Source: a bacterium
Lineage (GTDB): Bacteria > Patescibacteriota > Minisyncoccia > Phycocordibacterales > UBA6899
DNA: 24,000 nt
Direction of reading: 5' to 3'
Assembly: GCA_043742365.1 (NCBI GenBank)
Contig: JAYTYM010000065.1
Coordinates: forward strand, 11,909 to 35,908
Shown here: positions 1-8,188 of the stretch, piece by piece
Layout of the letters: each line of letters opens with the position of its first letter
Numbering within the stretch: position 1 is the stretch's first letter
Translations under genes and position numbers: made by a program
Notes under the pieces: generated by a model
What the model saw: only the letters and a program-made list of their open reading frames with translations
Told to the model about the DNA's origin: nothing
The model's database searches: none

Positions 1-292
1 CGAGCTTGAGGTGTTGATCGAACAGTTTCTGTTGCGACTATAAAATTGGCTGTCTTTTATAAAAAAGACAATATAAAAGGCCGTCGGATTTGAGAGCCCG
101 CGGCCTTGATTTGGAGGAAAACTTTTTTTAATTGTGTAAAGAACTACTGCTTCTGCAGTAGTCCATTGCTTGAAAAATGAGGACTACTGAATTGCGTCTG
201 GGACAATCATACCTTTGTCCTTTAAGACTATCAAGGACATACTGTGGATAACTATTGAATAACCTGTTTATAATACACTTTAACATTATGTC

Positions 293-325
293 AAAAAAAC
301 ACTACCCATGATAGGTAGTGTTTTT
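293..325 (-). terminator. Intrinsic terminator downstream of adk
   Basis: A 7-bp stem CACTACC/GGTAGTG (299-305/314-320) is flanked by an A-run and a T-run. On the minus strand the hairpin is followed by a U-run. Confidence 0.6.
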
Positions 326-345
326 ATGCTAGTTGAGAATATGAC

Positions 346-1035
346 TTAAGCTAAATTTTTTCGAATCTCGCGGTCGACATGTTCAAATACGACAAATGGA
401 GCAGGTCTACCATTAACTTTCTTAACTTTGTGGCCACTTTGTTTTAAGAACTTCAAAATTGGCGCAGTACGTGTTTGATACTCCTCGATACGCTTGGGGA
501 TTATCTTGGCATTATCTAATGTACGTCTATAGAGGGCCCCACCGCAGGCTGGGCAATACTTCGCAGCTACCTTAGGGTAATATTTGACCAAAAGTGGAGT
601 ACGGCAGACGGTACAAAGTAGGCGTTTTCCATTGCGTTCGAGAGTATCTTTAGGATCAATATCAAGCAAAAAGAAGTTTACGCCTTTTTTGCTGTACAGC
701 TTCTCAAGTAGGGGTATAAGTGTTTCAGCTTCAGGCATCGTGCGAGGTGAACCTGAAAATACTACACCATGGCCTTTTTTTGCCAGTTTTGTCACTGCTT
801 TTGCTACTTCATTAAGCACAAAGCTTGGGGTATTGAGCTCGCCCTCTTCAAAAAGTTTCCGTTCGCGTTTTACGGTAGGGTCTTTTTGTCGTTTTGGGTC
901 ATACCATAGTGTTTCGAGGTATCTTCCTGTATCAAAATTCACTAAACCATATTTGTTCGCTATTAAATTTGCCTGAGTGCCTTTTCCGCTTCCTGGTAGA
1001 CCATACAGGGCTACTGCTATTTTTTCTTGTTGCAT
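346..1035 (-). CDS. adk: Adenylate kinase with zinc-knuckle LID
   Basis: 229-aa ORF. It has the N-terminal P-loop GLPGSGKGTQA, a LID region with CTVC...CPACGG, and overall Adk-like layout. Confidence 0.92.
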   Translation of the reverse strand: MQQEKIAVALYGLPGSGKGTQANLIANKYGLVNFDTGRYLETLWYDPKRQKDPTVKRERKLFEEGELNTPSFVLNEVAKAVTKLAKKGHGVVFSGSPRTMPEAETLIPLLEKLYSKKGVNFFLLDIDPKDTLERNGKRLLCTVCRTPLLVKYYPKVAAKYCPACGGALYRRTLDNAKIIPKRIEEYQTRTAPILKFLKQSGHKVKKVNGRPAPFVVFEHVDREIRKNLA

Positions 1036-1162
1036 GCTCAGATTGTACTAAATAATCAACTGCGGGGCCATTTTTATGCTCACAGCTCTAATTGATTCCT
1101 AATTTGACAAGATATTCGTTAAGAATAGAGTGATATCGGAATGTTTTTTAAAAGGCTTGTTT

Positions 1163-2323
1163 ATGAACTACCTTACTGTTGGCGTACCAAGGGAACGAAA
1201 ATTCAAAGAAGGCAGAGTCGGAATGATCCCTTCTGGCATCAAAGAGGTGATCTCGGTCGGTGAGCACGTGCGCGTGCTCGTCGAAAAAGGTGCAGGCATG
1301 CTCGCAGGATTTTCTGATGAAGACTATTTGGTCGCCGGAGCTACTGTCGTCGAAGACCAGAATGATCTCTATCGGTCCGCTGATCTTATTGTTAAGGTCA
1401 AAGAACCAACACCTGAAGAATATGGATTTCTCGCTCATTTGCGCCATAAAACGCTCTTTACCTATCTGCATTTGGCGGGGGTAGACATTGAGCTCACACG
1501 CACACTGCTGCGCAATGAAGTAACAGCGATCGCTTACGAAAACGTCGAGACAGAGTGCGAGGGAAGACGTACTTACCCCCTCCTCATTCCGATGTCCAAG
1601 ATTGCCGGAACCCAATCGATGCGTACAGCACTTCTGCGCTACACAAGCAAAAAGAAGGTGCGCGCGGTCATCATTGGTGGTGGAGTGGTTGGCGAAGCAG
1701 CGCTAATCGAGGCGCTCAAGAGCAAAGTTGCATCAATCACTGTTTTTGAACTTAACGACATTCGGATTCTCGAGCTCAATAAGCGCTATGCGAATGTAAA
1801 AGCACAAAAAACGAAAGTCTGCGTTTTGCCGATGCAGTCGATGCGGGAGGGTGAGGGCTTTTGTATGCTTACGCACGCGGATGTTGTGATAAGCGGAGTC
1901 ATGAATCCAGGTGGATCGGAAGCCCCCAAGGTTCTGACAGAGCGTGATTTTGCGGTGATGAAGAAGGGTTGTCTTATTGTTGATGTGGCAATTGATCAGG
2001 GCGGTTCAACAGAGTGGTCAAAACCCACACATCAAGGTGAGACGTACGAAAAAGATGGGCTCGTATTCTCATGCACAGCAAACATCCCCGGATCAGTGCC
2101 TCACGAGGCGACACTCGCTCTCACAAGCGCCACACTGCCCTATGTGAAGCTTTTTGCAGAGTACGCAAAGCAGCATCCCCACTCACGTGAATGGTGGCTA
2201 CTTAAGGACCACCTAGACTTACGCCACGGCTTGCAGACATGGAGAGGCTCACTAACTAATAAGCCGGTATCCTCGAAACACGGAATATTTCGTGAATACT
2301 GTCCTTTGGAAACATTTTTTTAA
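1163..2323 (+). CDS. ald: Alanine dehydrogenase / PNT-alpha family NAD-dependent dehydrogenase
   Basis: The N-terminus VGVPRERKFKEGRVGMIPSGIKEV..VLVEKGAGMLAGFSDEDY and LIVKVKEP..LFTYLHLA match AlaDH family motifs. The Rossmann motif is IIGGGVVGEAA. I start at ATG 1163 (MNYLTVGV) rather than the GTG at 1130. Confidence 0.75.
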   Translation: MNYLTVGVPRERKFKEGRVGMIPSGIKEVISVGEHVRVLVEKGAGMLAGFSDEDYLVAGATVVEDQNDLYRSADLIVKVKEPTPEEYGFLAHLRHKTLFTYLHLAGVDIELTRTLLRNEVTAIAYENVETECEGRRTYPLLIPMSKIAGTQSMRTALLRYTSKKKVRAVIIGGGVVGEAALIEALKSKVASITVFELNDIRILELNKRYANVKAQKTKVCVLPMQSMREGEGFCMLTHADVVISGVMNPGGSEAPKVLTERDFAVMKKGCLIVDVAIDQGGSTEWSKPTHQGETYEKDGLVFSCTANIPGSVPHEATLALTSATLPYVKLFAEYAKQHPHSREWWLLKDHLDLRHGLQTWRGSLTNKPVSSKHGIFREYCPLETFF

Positions 2324-2335
2324 GTACACACAAAC

Positions 2336-2365
2336 AACTCCGCAAGAATCTTGCGGAGTTTTATT
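2336..2365 (+). terminator. Intrinsic terminator after ald
   Basis: Hairpin AACTCCGCAAG-aatc-CTTGCGGAGTT is followed by TTATTAT. Confidence 0.65.
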
Positions 2366-2378
2366 ATATAATTCGACA

Positions 2379-2798
2379 ATGAAAGTCAGAAAGCTTAATT
2401 TTGGGTATATTTTTCGATTTGAAAAAGGGGATGAACTCATGTCTACCTTAGTGAAATTCATCTCTGACAATCAGAAACCTTTTGCTTCGTTCACACTCAT
2501 TGGTGCGACCACTGATGTGGAGTTGGGATTTTTCTCACTAAAAGACAAGGCATATCACTGGAGAAACTTCACTGGTGAATTTGAGATCGTGGGAGGTGTG
2601 GGTAATATTTCTCTTTATGAAGAAAAACCGATGATACATCTGCATATTACAATTGCCGACGATGAATACCGGGCATACGGTGGGCACGTTAGGAAACTCA
2701 TCGTAGGAGCAACGTGCGAGCTTACCCTTTTTACATCGAAGGTGGAGATTGAGCGCAAATTTGATGAGGGGACAGGACTGAATTTATTGGAGGTGTAA
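2379..2798 (+). CDS. PPC (DUF296) domain protein
   Basis: About 139 aa starting at MKVRKLNFGYIFRFEKGDEL. The pattern LIGA..vELgf......f.G.fEI..l.GNIs....p..HLH....d......GGHv is typical of the PPC/DUF296 fold. The upstream part of ORF 2292 runs through the ald terminator and is discarded. Confidence 0.65.
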   Translation: MKVRKLNFGYIFRFEKGDELMSTLVKFISDNQKPFASFTLIGATTDVELGFFSLKDKAYHWRNFTGEFEIVGGVGNISLYEEKPMIHLHITIADDEYRAYGGHVRKLIVGATCELTLFTSKVEIERKFDEGTGLNLLEV

Positions 2799-2805
2799 AA
2801 TATCA

Positions 2806-2914
2806 TTTTAGCAGGGACTCTCGCCTTACAGGCGCTGTACATCCTTCGTATTTCGCAGGCGAAATATACTTAGGGTCTTCGAGCCCTGCCGCAAGCTTTG
2901 CTTGCTTGGGGGCA
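2806..2914. repeat. Family-A tRNA-3'-end-linked structured module, tRNA-Lys copy
   Basis: Read on the minus strand: TGCCCCCAA (revcomp of the acceptor 3' strand), hairpin GCAAGC/GCTTGC, GCAGGGCTCGAAGAC (revcomp of the T arm), long hairpin CCTAAGTATATTTCG..CGAAATACGAAGG, ATGTAC, hairpin CGCC-TGTAA-GGCG, then GAGTCCCTGCT (a degenerate copy of the tRNA's GAGCCCTGCT). Confidence 0.6.
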
Positions 2915-2918
2915 CAGC

Positions 2919-2942
2919 AAAAAACCGCTTACGCGGTTTTTT
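2919..2942. terminator. Bidirectional hairpin terminator between the module and tRNA-Lys
   Basis: AAAAAACCGC-ttac-GCGGTTTTTT, with an A-run on one side and a T-run on the other. Confidence 0.6.
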
Positions 2943-2947
2943 CCTGA

Positions 2948-3020
2948 TGCCCCCAGCAGGGCTCGAACCTGCGACCGTTAGCTTAAAAGGCTACTGCTCT
3001 ACCAGCTGAGCTATAGGGGC
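2948..3020 (-). tRNA. tRNA-Lys (anticodon UUU)
   Basis: The reverse complement folds as a cloverleaf. Acceptor is GCCCCTA/TGGGGGC, anticodon loop CTTTTAA, T arm GCAGGTTCGAGCCCTGC. CCA is not encoded. Confidence 0.93.
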
Positions 3021-3057
3021 ATTTATTTCTTAATTACAATTCTTTAGACCTCTCCAG

Positions 3058-3171
3058 TTTACCCTGATACCTACCAAAACAGCATATAGCGGCATTACTT
3101 GCTCACACTAACAAATTACTGACTACTTCACTTTACCCTGATACCTACCAAAACAGCACATAGGGGTATTT
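3058..3171 (-). repeat. Two tandem 74-bp units upstream of tRNA-Lys, each a degenerate copy of the tRNA 5' part
   Basis: 3058-3097 and 3132-3171 share tttaccctgatacctaccaaaacagca(t/c)atag(c/g)gg(c/t)att. Their reverse complements (GCCGCTATATGCTGTTTTGGTAGGTATCAGGG and ACCCCTATGTGCTGTTTTGGTAGGTATCAGGG) align to the tRNA-Lys 5' end GCCCCTATAGCTCAGCTGGTAGAGCAGTAGCC. Confidence 0.55.
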
Positions 3172-3218
3172 ATTATCCAAAAGGGAATATGTGGAGATTA
3201 GCACAACCTCTGGGTTTT

Positions 3219-3596
3219 TTAAAGAGGAAGATCGAATGCGTGAGGACCGGCACCAAGGAAAAGCAGAGAAAGCGATACTACCCCAAGCAAAAGATAATAT
3301 TTTACTGTTTCAGGCGTAAACGACGCATTCTTGTTTTTGAAATAGATAGCCAACAGCGAAAGGGTGAATCCAATGACCCCAACTACTTGAACGTATAGGC
3401 CAAGGAAAAATCCCAAGCTAAGTAAAATGATGAGCGTTCCGAGTATCAACCACGCAAGACTTTCCTGACCACTCTTCGCGTGGCTAGAGCGCATGAAGCT
3501 GTATCCAATGAAGAAAAAGTAAAAACCCAAGAATATACGGAATATAAAAGGCACATACCAGCCCCAGTCGAGTAATTGTGGAAATAGTGACAACAT
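3219..3596 (-). CDS. Small four-TM membrane protein, DoxX-like
   Basis: 125 aa with four hydrophobic segments. The C-terminal GAGPHAFD resembles the DoxX GAGxxSxD ending. Assignment is by pattern only. Confidence 0.5.
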   Translation of the reverse strand: MLSLFPQLLDWGWYVPFIFRIFLGFYFFFIGYSFMRSSHAKSGQESLAWLILGTLIILLSLGFFLGLYVQVVGVIGFTLSLLAIYFKNKNASFTPETVKYYLLLGVVSLSLLFLGAGPHAFDLPL

Positions 3597-3650
3597 GCTT
3601 TGTATTATATCATGAGAAAATTCATCTATTAATGACCGTCAAATTACTCT

Positions 3651-4136
3651 ATGAAAGATACTGATGTAAAAAATATTCATGTGTTACTTCATGACATCCG
3701 CAGCGCACATAATGTCGGGTCTATGTTTCGTACTGCAGATGCAATAGGGGTAAGCAGTGTCTTCCTTTCAGGTCACACCCCATGCCCACTTGATAGATTC
3801 GGTCGTCCTGTAGCCGAGATTGCGAAGACCGCACTCGGGGCTGAGCAAAGCATAAGCTGGTCTTATGAAAAAGACCCAATTAAAGTCATAACCCAACACA
3901 AGGAATTAGGATATGCCATCGTAGGACTTGAACAAGATGAGCGAGCGGTTGACTATAAACAATTCTCCGCAACAAATAAAGTACTCTTTCTTGTAGGAAG
4001 CGAAGTGTTGGGGATTTCGAGCGAGATTAAAGAGCATTGCGACGTGCTTATCGAGATACCCATGCACGGTAAAAAAGAGTCTCTCAATGTCGCTGTTGCA
4101 TTCGGTATTGCCATGTTTCGACTTTTCGATAAATAA
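3651..4136 (+). CDS. SpoU/TrmH-family RNA 2'-O-methyltransferase
   Basis: SPOUT motifs are present: RSAHNVGSMFRTADAIG, LVGSEVLGIS and IPMHGKKESLNVAVAFGI. Confidence 0.85.
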   Translation: MKDTDVKNIHVLLHDIRSAHNVGSMFRTADAIGVSSVFLSGHTPCPLDRFGRPVAEIAKTALGAEQSISWSYEKDPIKVITQHKELGYAIVGLEQDERAVDYKQFSATNKVLFLVGSEVLGISSEIKEHCDVLIEIPMHGKKESLNVAVAFGIAMFRLFDK

Positions 4137-4149
4137 ATGACTGGGTAAA

Positions 4150-4292
4150 AAAAGAACCCCAATGCATGAGCATCGGGGCGGGAGTGGTTCCTATTTGTTG
4201 TTGCTTTACGCCGCCGTTTCGGGCGGGAGATGGATCACCCCCTTTCTATCGCGGGGAGGGCCCCGCTACCTGACTTTTTTAAGTATATTAAG
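4150..4292 (+). ncRNA. GC-rich structured intergenic segment (candidate small RNA or compound terminator)
   Basis: It lies between convergent genes in an AT-leaning genome. Hairpins are CCCCAATGC/GCATCGGGG, CCGCC-gtttcg-GGCGG and GCGGGG-aggg-CCCCGC, followed 7 nt later by CTTTTTT. GGGCGGGAG occurs twice. No family was recognised. Confidence 0.25.
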
Positions 4293-4305
4293 TCAACGGT
4301 ATCCG

Positions 4306-5589
4306 TCAAGCCCTTTGAGATGAAAGCAACTCCTTAAGTACTTTTCGTGCCACATCGCGGTCATCCCACGGAGTTTTCTTGCCATTCTCCTCCATAATAA
4401 AGGGATCAGTTCCTTTTCCTGTTATGAGTACAGCGGTATTTTGAGAGGCGTTCGCAAGTAGGATTGCATGAGCTATTGCATCTTTGCGGTCAACGATGAG
4501 TTGGGGTTTCTTGCTTTTCATTCCGAGCGCCATTGCTTCCATTATCTGCTTTGGGTCCTCATCGTATGGGTCCTCATTTGTAAGAATAATCTCTTTGCAG
4601 TACTCATCAGCGATACTTCCCATTACCGGCCTTTTCCACGTATCGCGGCCTCCGCCAGTGTTTCCAAGTACGCAGATCTTGTCATGATCTTTGAAAGTCT
4701 CATATACAGCGCGCAAAGAGTCTGGAGTATGCGCGTAATCGACAATTACCGGAAAATCCTGACCCTCTTCGATGCGCTCCATTCGTCCTTCTATCTGAAC
4801 AGTTTTCTCTATGCCACGCACGATCACTTCATCAGAGATATTTAAGGCTCGGGCTGCTGTGGCTGCACCGAGGATATTGTAGGCATTAAAGAGACCCGGT
4901 AGGGGCGAGCGTGCGACATGGCCTCGCCACTCTAGTGTCGTGCCATTTTCAGTTGATTCGACGGCTCCGCCATCATTTATCGCAAATGGAATCGGCGTGA
5001 TGTTGGGTAATTCAAGGAAATAGTGCGCTTTCTTGTCATCGCTATTTGCGACCATGAATCGCTTTGATTTGATTGAGCGACTGAGTGTGCGACCAATAGA
5101 AAGCTTCGCATCACGATAAGCTTCATATGAACCATGTGATTCGATATGCTCTGGTGCGAGGTTGGTGAAGATGAGCATGTCCATGTCTATGAATCGTTGC
5201 CTGAACTGTTTCGCGCCTTCTGAGGTCATCTCAAGTATTGCGTGCGTGCACTCTGCATCGACTGCGTCTCGGATAAATTTTTGTACAAAAAACCGCCCTG
5301 GAATGGTCATCTTGCGCATATTGCGAACACTCTTGTCTCCTATTTTAAAGCGTAGCGTACCTAAGACAGCAGTCTTTGCACCGCTTTCTTCTAGGATGTT
5401 GTTTAATATCTCAGTTGTGCTCGTTTTTCCTTTTGTTCCTGTGACGAGAATGACGCTAATATGTCGTGATGGAAAGCGATAACGCACTGCACCCGCAAGC
5501 GAAAGCAAAAAATGATACGTAGGTTGCAGTGATCGATATACTCGCTTTGGTATCAATGTTTCGATTTTGCGTAGGCTCCTTTCAAGCAT
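4306..5589 (-). CDS. murE: Mur ligase, MurE-like (UDP-MurNAc-tripeptide synthetase)
   Basis: ATP-binding motif VTGTKGKTST is present, along with TNLAPEHIESHG, DYAHTPDSL and TNEDPYDEDP, which are typical of MurE. I prefer the start at ATG 5589 (MLERSL); the alternative at 5634 would overlap the upstream gene. Confidence 0.75.
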   Translation of the reverse strand: MLERSLRKIETLIPKRVYRSLQPTYHFLLSLAGAVRYRFPSRHISVILVTGTKGKTSTTEILNNILEESGAKTAVLGTLRFKIGDKSVRNMRKMTIPGRFFVQKFIRDAVDAECTHAILEMTSEGAKQFRQRFIDMDMLIFTNLAPEHIESHGSYEAYRDAKLSIGRTLSRSIKSKRFMVANSDDKKAHYFLELPNITPIPFAINDGGAVESTENGTTLEWRGHVARSPLPGLFNAYNILGAATAARALNISDEVIVRGIEKTVQIEGRMERIEEGQDFPVIVDYAHTPDSLRAVYETFKDHDKICVLGNTGGGRDTWKRPVMGSIADEYCKEIILTNEDPYDEDPKQIMEAMALGMKSKKPQLIVDRKDAIAHAILLANASQNTAVLITGKGTDPFIMEENGKKTPWDDRDVARKVLKELLSSQRA

Positions 5590-5621
5590 TTCCGCATCAT
5601 AACACAGGAGTGCAAAGCAAT

Positions 5622-7463
5622 TTAAGGAAGCCAATCCCAGAAGAGGGTGTAGGTGGAACTAATAGGAGCAGCAAATTGGATGGTCGAAACATTAAGATAA
5701 TACGTACGGTTCAGTTGCAGGACACAGATTCCGGGACCCCCTGCGCTGGTTGTTATCTTGATGTTTACCTGCGTCGTTCCGAGTGATCCACCGTTACCAC
5801 AGAAACCAGAGACGTTCTTTCCGGGCGAAGGAACTGTCGCTGCCCCTGAAGAAAGATCGCCAGGCATTTCACTTATTGAAGCAAGGACATCTGCGGGTAA
5901 GACAATTAAGGGACAAACAGGACCAAAGCCAAAGTCAGGACAGACAGGAGGTGGACCAGGGCAAAGCGCAAGATCAAGTGAAGCGGGAACGGGGAATTCG
6001 GGCTCGTCTCCGCCTACGATGTGGATCGCGCCGCCTCCAGTAGGGGAAGTGATCTTAAATGCGTATGAGTCGACGGTTACCGCGGTGGTTACCGCTTTGC
6101 CATTTGCGGGTCGACAAAGTGGTGGATTAGGAGGTGCTCCCAATAGTGCAGGTAATGCGTAGCAGGTCGTCGTCGCACTCGAAGTACACGCTGCCTGAAC
6201 TTCAATCGCCACCTTCTTCGTCGTGCAATTATTTGCGGGGTCGCAAACTTTCACTGACAATTGATGGAAACCGACCTTTGTAGTGTCGAGATTCATTAGC
6301 ACAGTCCTCGTCATTGCTGGAGTTGGACATGTCCCACTCGAACAGATACTTGTGGAAAAGAATATGCCGCCACCTGGGTTAAGTGTCTCTGCGCTTGCGC
6401 GATCGATGGCGAAATTATCTGTAGCGGTAAATGTAAGCGACACAACTCCCGATGTTGTTGCGAGGCCCACTACAGGCTGGGTGATGATGACAACGGGGGG
6501 AGTGATATCTGAGTCATTATCAAGAATGGTCACCACAACTGAGGGTATGCTTCCGAGTATCAAAGCGCCCGTTGGATTGAATAGGTTTACTGTAAATTGT
6601 TCATTGGGCTCAGTGATTATATCGTTAAGGATAGGCACCGTTATGGTGAGTGTTGAGACTGCAGCAGGAAACACGAGCGTTCCCGAAACCGCACCAAAGT
6701 CACTTCCTGCAATTGCAGTCCCCGACACCGTTGTGTAGTCAATGGTTCCCGCACCCAGACCCACGCGCTTGACCACAAGTACAATGCTTCCTCCACCCTC
6801 GTTCACGGAAGCAGTTGAAACGAGGAACGATACGGAAGGAATTATCACGGGGGGTACAATTGGAGGGGCAGGTGGCGGTAAAAGCGGAGTAGGAACTGGA
6901 GGGGGAAGCCCGACGGGAGGTGGGGGAGGAATGGGGATATCGACGTAGCGGCAGCAAATATCTCCGATCATGGGGGGAGGACCGGCACAAAATGCAGGCG
7001 CTACACTAGAAACGATCTTTCCAACGATAGAAGGACAAGTAGGGCCGGGTTTCCAGCTGTAGGTACCGGATGGTGGAGGAGGTGGGGTAGGAGCCCCGAC
7101 GACCGCAGGGGCCACAGAAAGTGTTGCATCATTTTTGAGCAACAAGGGGTTGATCGTGTTAAGCAAAAGCCATGAACCCACTGCAAGCAAGATGCCCAAT
7201 ATGGCATTCGTGATACATTTTTTTGCCTCACTCTTTCCTCCTGCCGAACCTGAGCCCATCAGTCGTATGCCGCAGATAACGATCATGATGACCGCAAGCA
7301 CCCCAGTAATTCCAATGAGCGTTTGAAATATTCCCTGAACATATTGCGTAAGTGTCACTGTTCCAGGAAGTGTTCCGACAGGGGCGAGGAGGTCATAGGT
7401 AGCAGGCGCTGCAAGTGCGACTGCGGGAAGAAATGATAAAAGTAAAATTGTGATCTTTCTCAT
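5622..7463 (-). CDS. Exported fusion protein: VirB2/TrbC-like pilin N-terminus, Pro-rich linkers, Calx-beta domain, Cys-rich C-terminal region
   Basis: Signal peptide MRKITILLLSFLPAVALA is followed by a two-helix hydrophobic hairpin (GIFQTLIGITGVLAVIMIVICG...NAILGILLAVGSWLLL) like T4SS pilins. PPPPP tracts follow. The Calx-beta signature is VNEGGGSIVLVVKRVG..IDYTTVSGTAIAGSDF..GTLVFPA..TLTITVPILND...EPNEQFTVNL. Confidence 0.7.
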   Translation of the reverse strand: MRKITILLLSFLPAVALAAPATYDLLAPVGTLPGTVTLTQYVQGIFQTLIGITGVLAVIMIVICGIRLMGSGSAGGKSEAKKCITNAILGILLAVGSWLLLNTINPLLLKNDATLSVAPAVVGAPTPPPPPSGTYSWKPGPTCPSIVGKIVSSVAPAFCAGPPPMIGDICCRYVDIPIPPPPPVGLPPPVPTPLLPPPAPPIVPPVIIPSVSFLVSTASVNEGGGSIVLVVKRVGLGAGTIDYTTVSGTAIAGSDFGAVSGTLVFPAAVSTLTITVPILNDIITEPNEQFTVNLFNPTGALILGSIPSVVVTILDNDSDITPPVVIITQPVVGLATTSGVVSLTFTATDNFAIDRASAETLNPGGGIFFSTSICSSGTCPTPAMTRTVLMNLDTTKVGFHQLSVKVCDPANNCTTKKVAIEVQAACTSSATTTCYALPALLGAPPNPPLCRPANGKAVTTAVTVDSYAFKITSPTGGGAIHIVGGDEPEFPVPASLDLALCPGPPPVCPDFGFGPVCPLIVLPADVLASISEMPGDLSSGAATVPSPGKNVSGFCGNGGSLGTTQVNIKITTSAGGPGICVLQLNRTYYLNVSTIQFAAPISSTYTLFWDWLP

Positions 7464-7468
7464 AAAAT

Positions 7469-8044
7469 TTATTTGCGCCCTCCAAGAGTTTGAAGTGCTT
7501 TACGGATAATATCTTGAGTGGTCATGGATTCTTTGGCGAGCATTCGGACTAATTCTCGTGTGTCTTTGGGTGAGTACCCGAGCGCCTCGAGAGCATCGAG
7601 CGCTTCTGTTTCAGGTAAGGCTACACCACCTTCACGCTGGGTAATGTTTCCCATCTTATCTCGGAGTTCAAGGATGATCTTCTCTGCGAGCTTTTTTCCA
7701 ATACCTGAAACCTTGGTCATATACTCACTTTCACCGCTTGCAATGGCTGTAGCGAGGGTCGTGACATCAGCAAGTGCGAGGACACTCAACGCGCTTTTCG
7801 GTCCGATACCTGATATTCCGATAAGCAGACGAAAAAGTGCTATTTCGTCTCGCTTGCTAAAGCCATACAGATCAAGCGCATCTTCTTTGACCACCAAGTG
7901 TGTCCACAGACTGACTTTCTCGCCTTCTTTTGTGCTCTGCGCTGTTGCAGGTGTCACAGAGAGGGTATAGCCAAGGCCTCCCACATCCACGATAACAACG
8001 CGCTCTTCCTTAAACAGTACAGTGCCTGTGATGTGACCAATCAT
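7469..8044 (-). CDS. ruvA: Holliday junction DNA helicase subunit RuvA
   Basis: N-terminus MIGHITGTVLFKEERVVIVDVGGLGYTLSV. HhH motifs are GISGIGPKSA and VSGIGKKLAEKI. Length is 191 aa. Confidence 0.92.
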   Translation of the reverse strand: MIGHITGTVLFKEERVVIVDVGGLGYTLSVTPATAQSTKEGEKVSLWTHLVVKEDALDLYGFSKRDEIALFRLLIGISGIGPKSALSVLALADVTTLATAIASGESEYMTKVSGIGKKLAEKIILELRDKMGNITQREGGVALPETEALDALEALGYSPKDTRELVRMLAKESMTTQDIIRKALQTLGGRK

Positions 8045-8188
8045 ATATACCCTAATTATACTCTATTCTCGATGATTGATACTAACAATTTTGCCATAAA
8101 ACACGCTCGGTTACGGCTATATGCATGAGTCCTTGTTTTTAATAAAGAGACTTGCGTTTTTACAGCCCATCCTGTAGGATTCTCGATT

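Noticed and set aside
584-976. Antisense ORFs inside confident genes (584-976, 1148-1615, 4468-4845, 5162-5482, 5758-6162, 6283-6738, 7518-7970, 8056-8292, 8596-8973, 12329-12721, 16748-17062 and others).
   Set aside because: Each is opposite a gene with clear family motifs. None shows a recognisable motif of its own.
2292-2378. N-terminal extensions of several ORFs: 2292, 1130, 5634, 8957, 12089, 13684, 19789 and 11162.
   Set aside because: The extensions overlap upstream genes or terminators, or lack similarity to the family N-termini. Internal ATG starts fit the conserved N-termini, for example MKVRKL, MNYLTVGV, MLERSL, MDTKKVL, MENINID and MINLLPP.
2806-2914. Family-A modules (also 9331-9466, 11495-11603, 15241-15378) considered as genuine tRNA genes, tmRNA, or tRNA genes with introns.
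   Set aside because: They have acceptor-like and T-arm-like ends but no D arm and no 7-nt anticodon loop in the right place. They are 110-140 nt long. There is no tag-peptide reading frame and no tmRNA pseudoknots. The acceptor sequence always copies the neighbouring tRNA.
8152-8188. Putative rpsT promoter: TTGCGT, 18 nt, then TAGGAT, ending 7 nt before the ATG.
   Set aside because: It is plausible, but only a weak match, and it implies a near-leaderless mRNA. I cannot support that from sequence alone.
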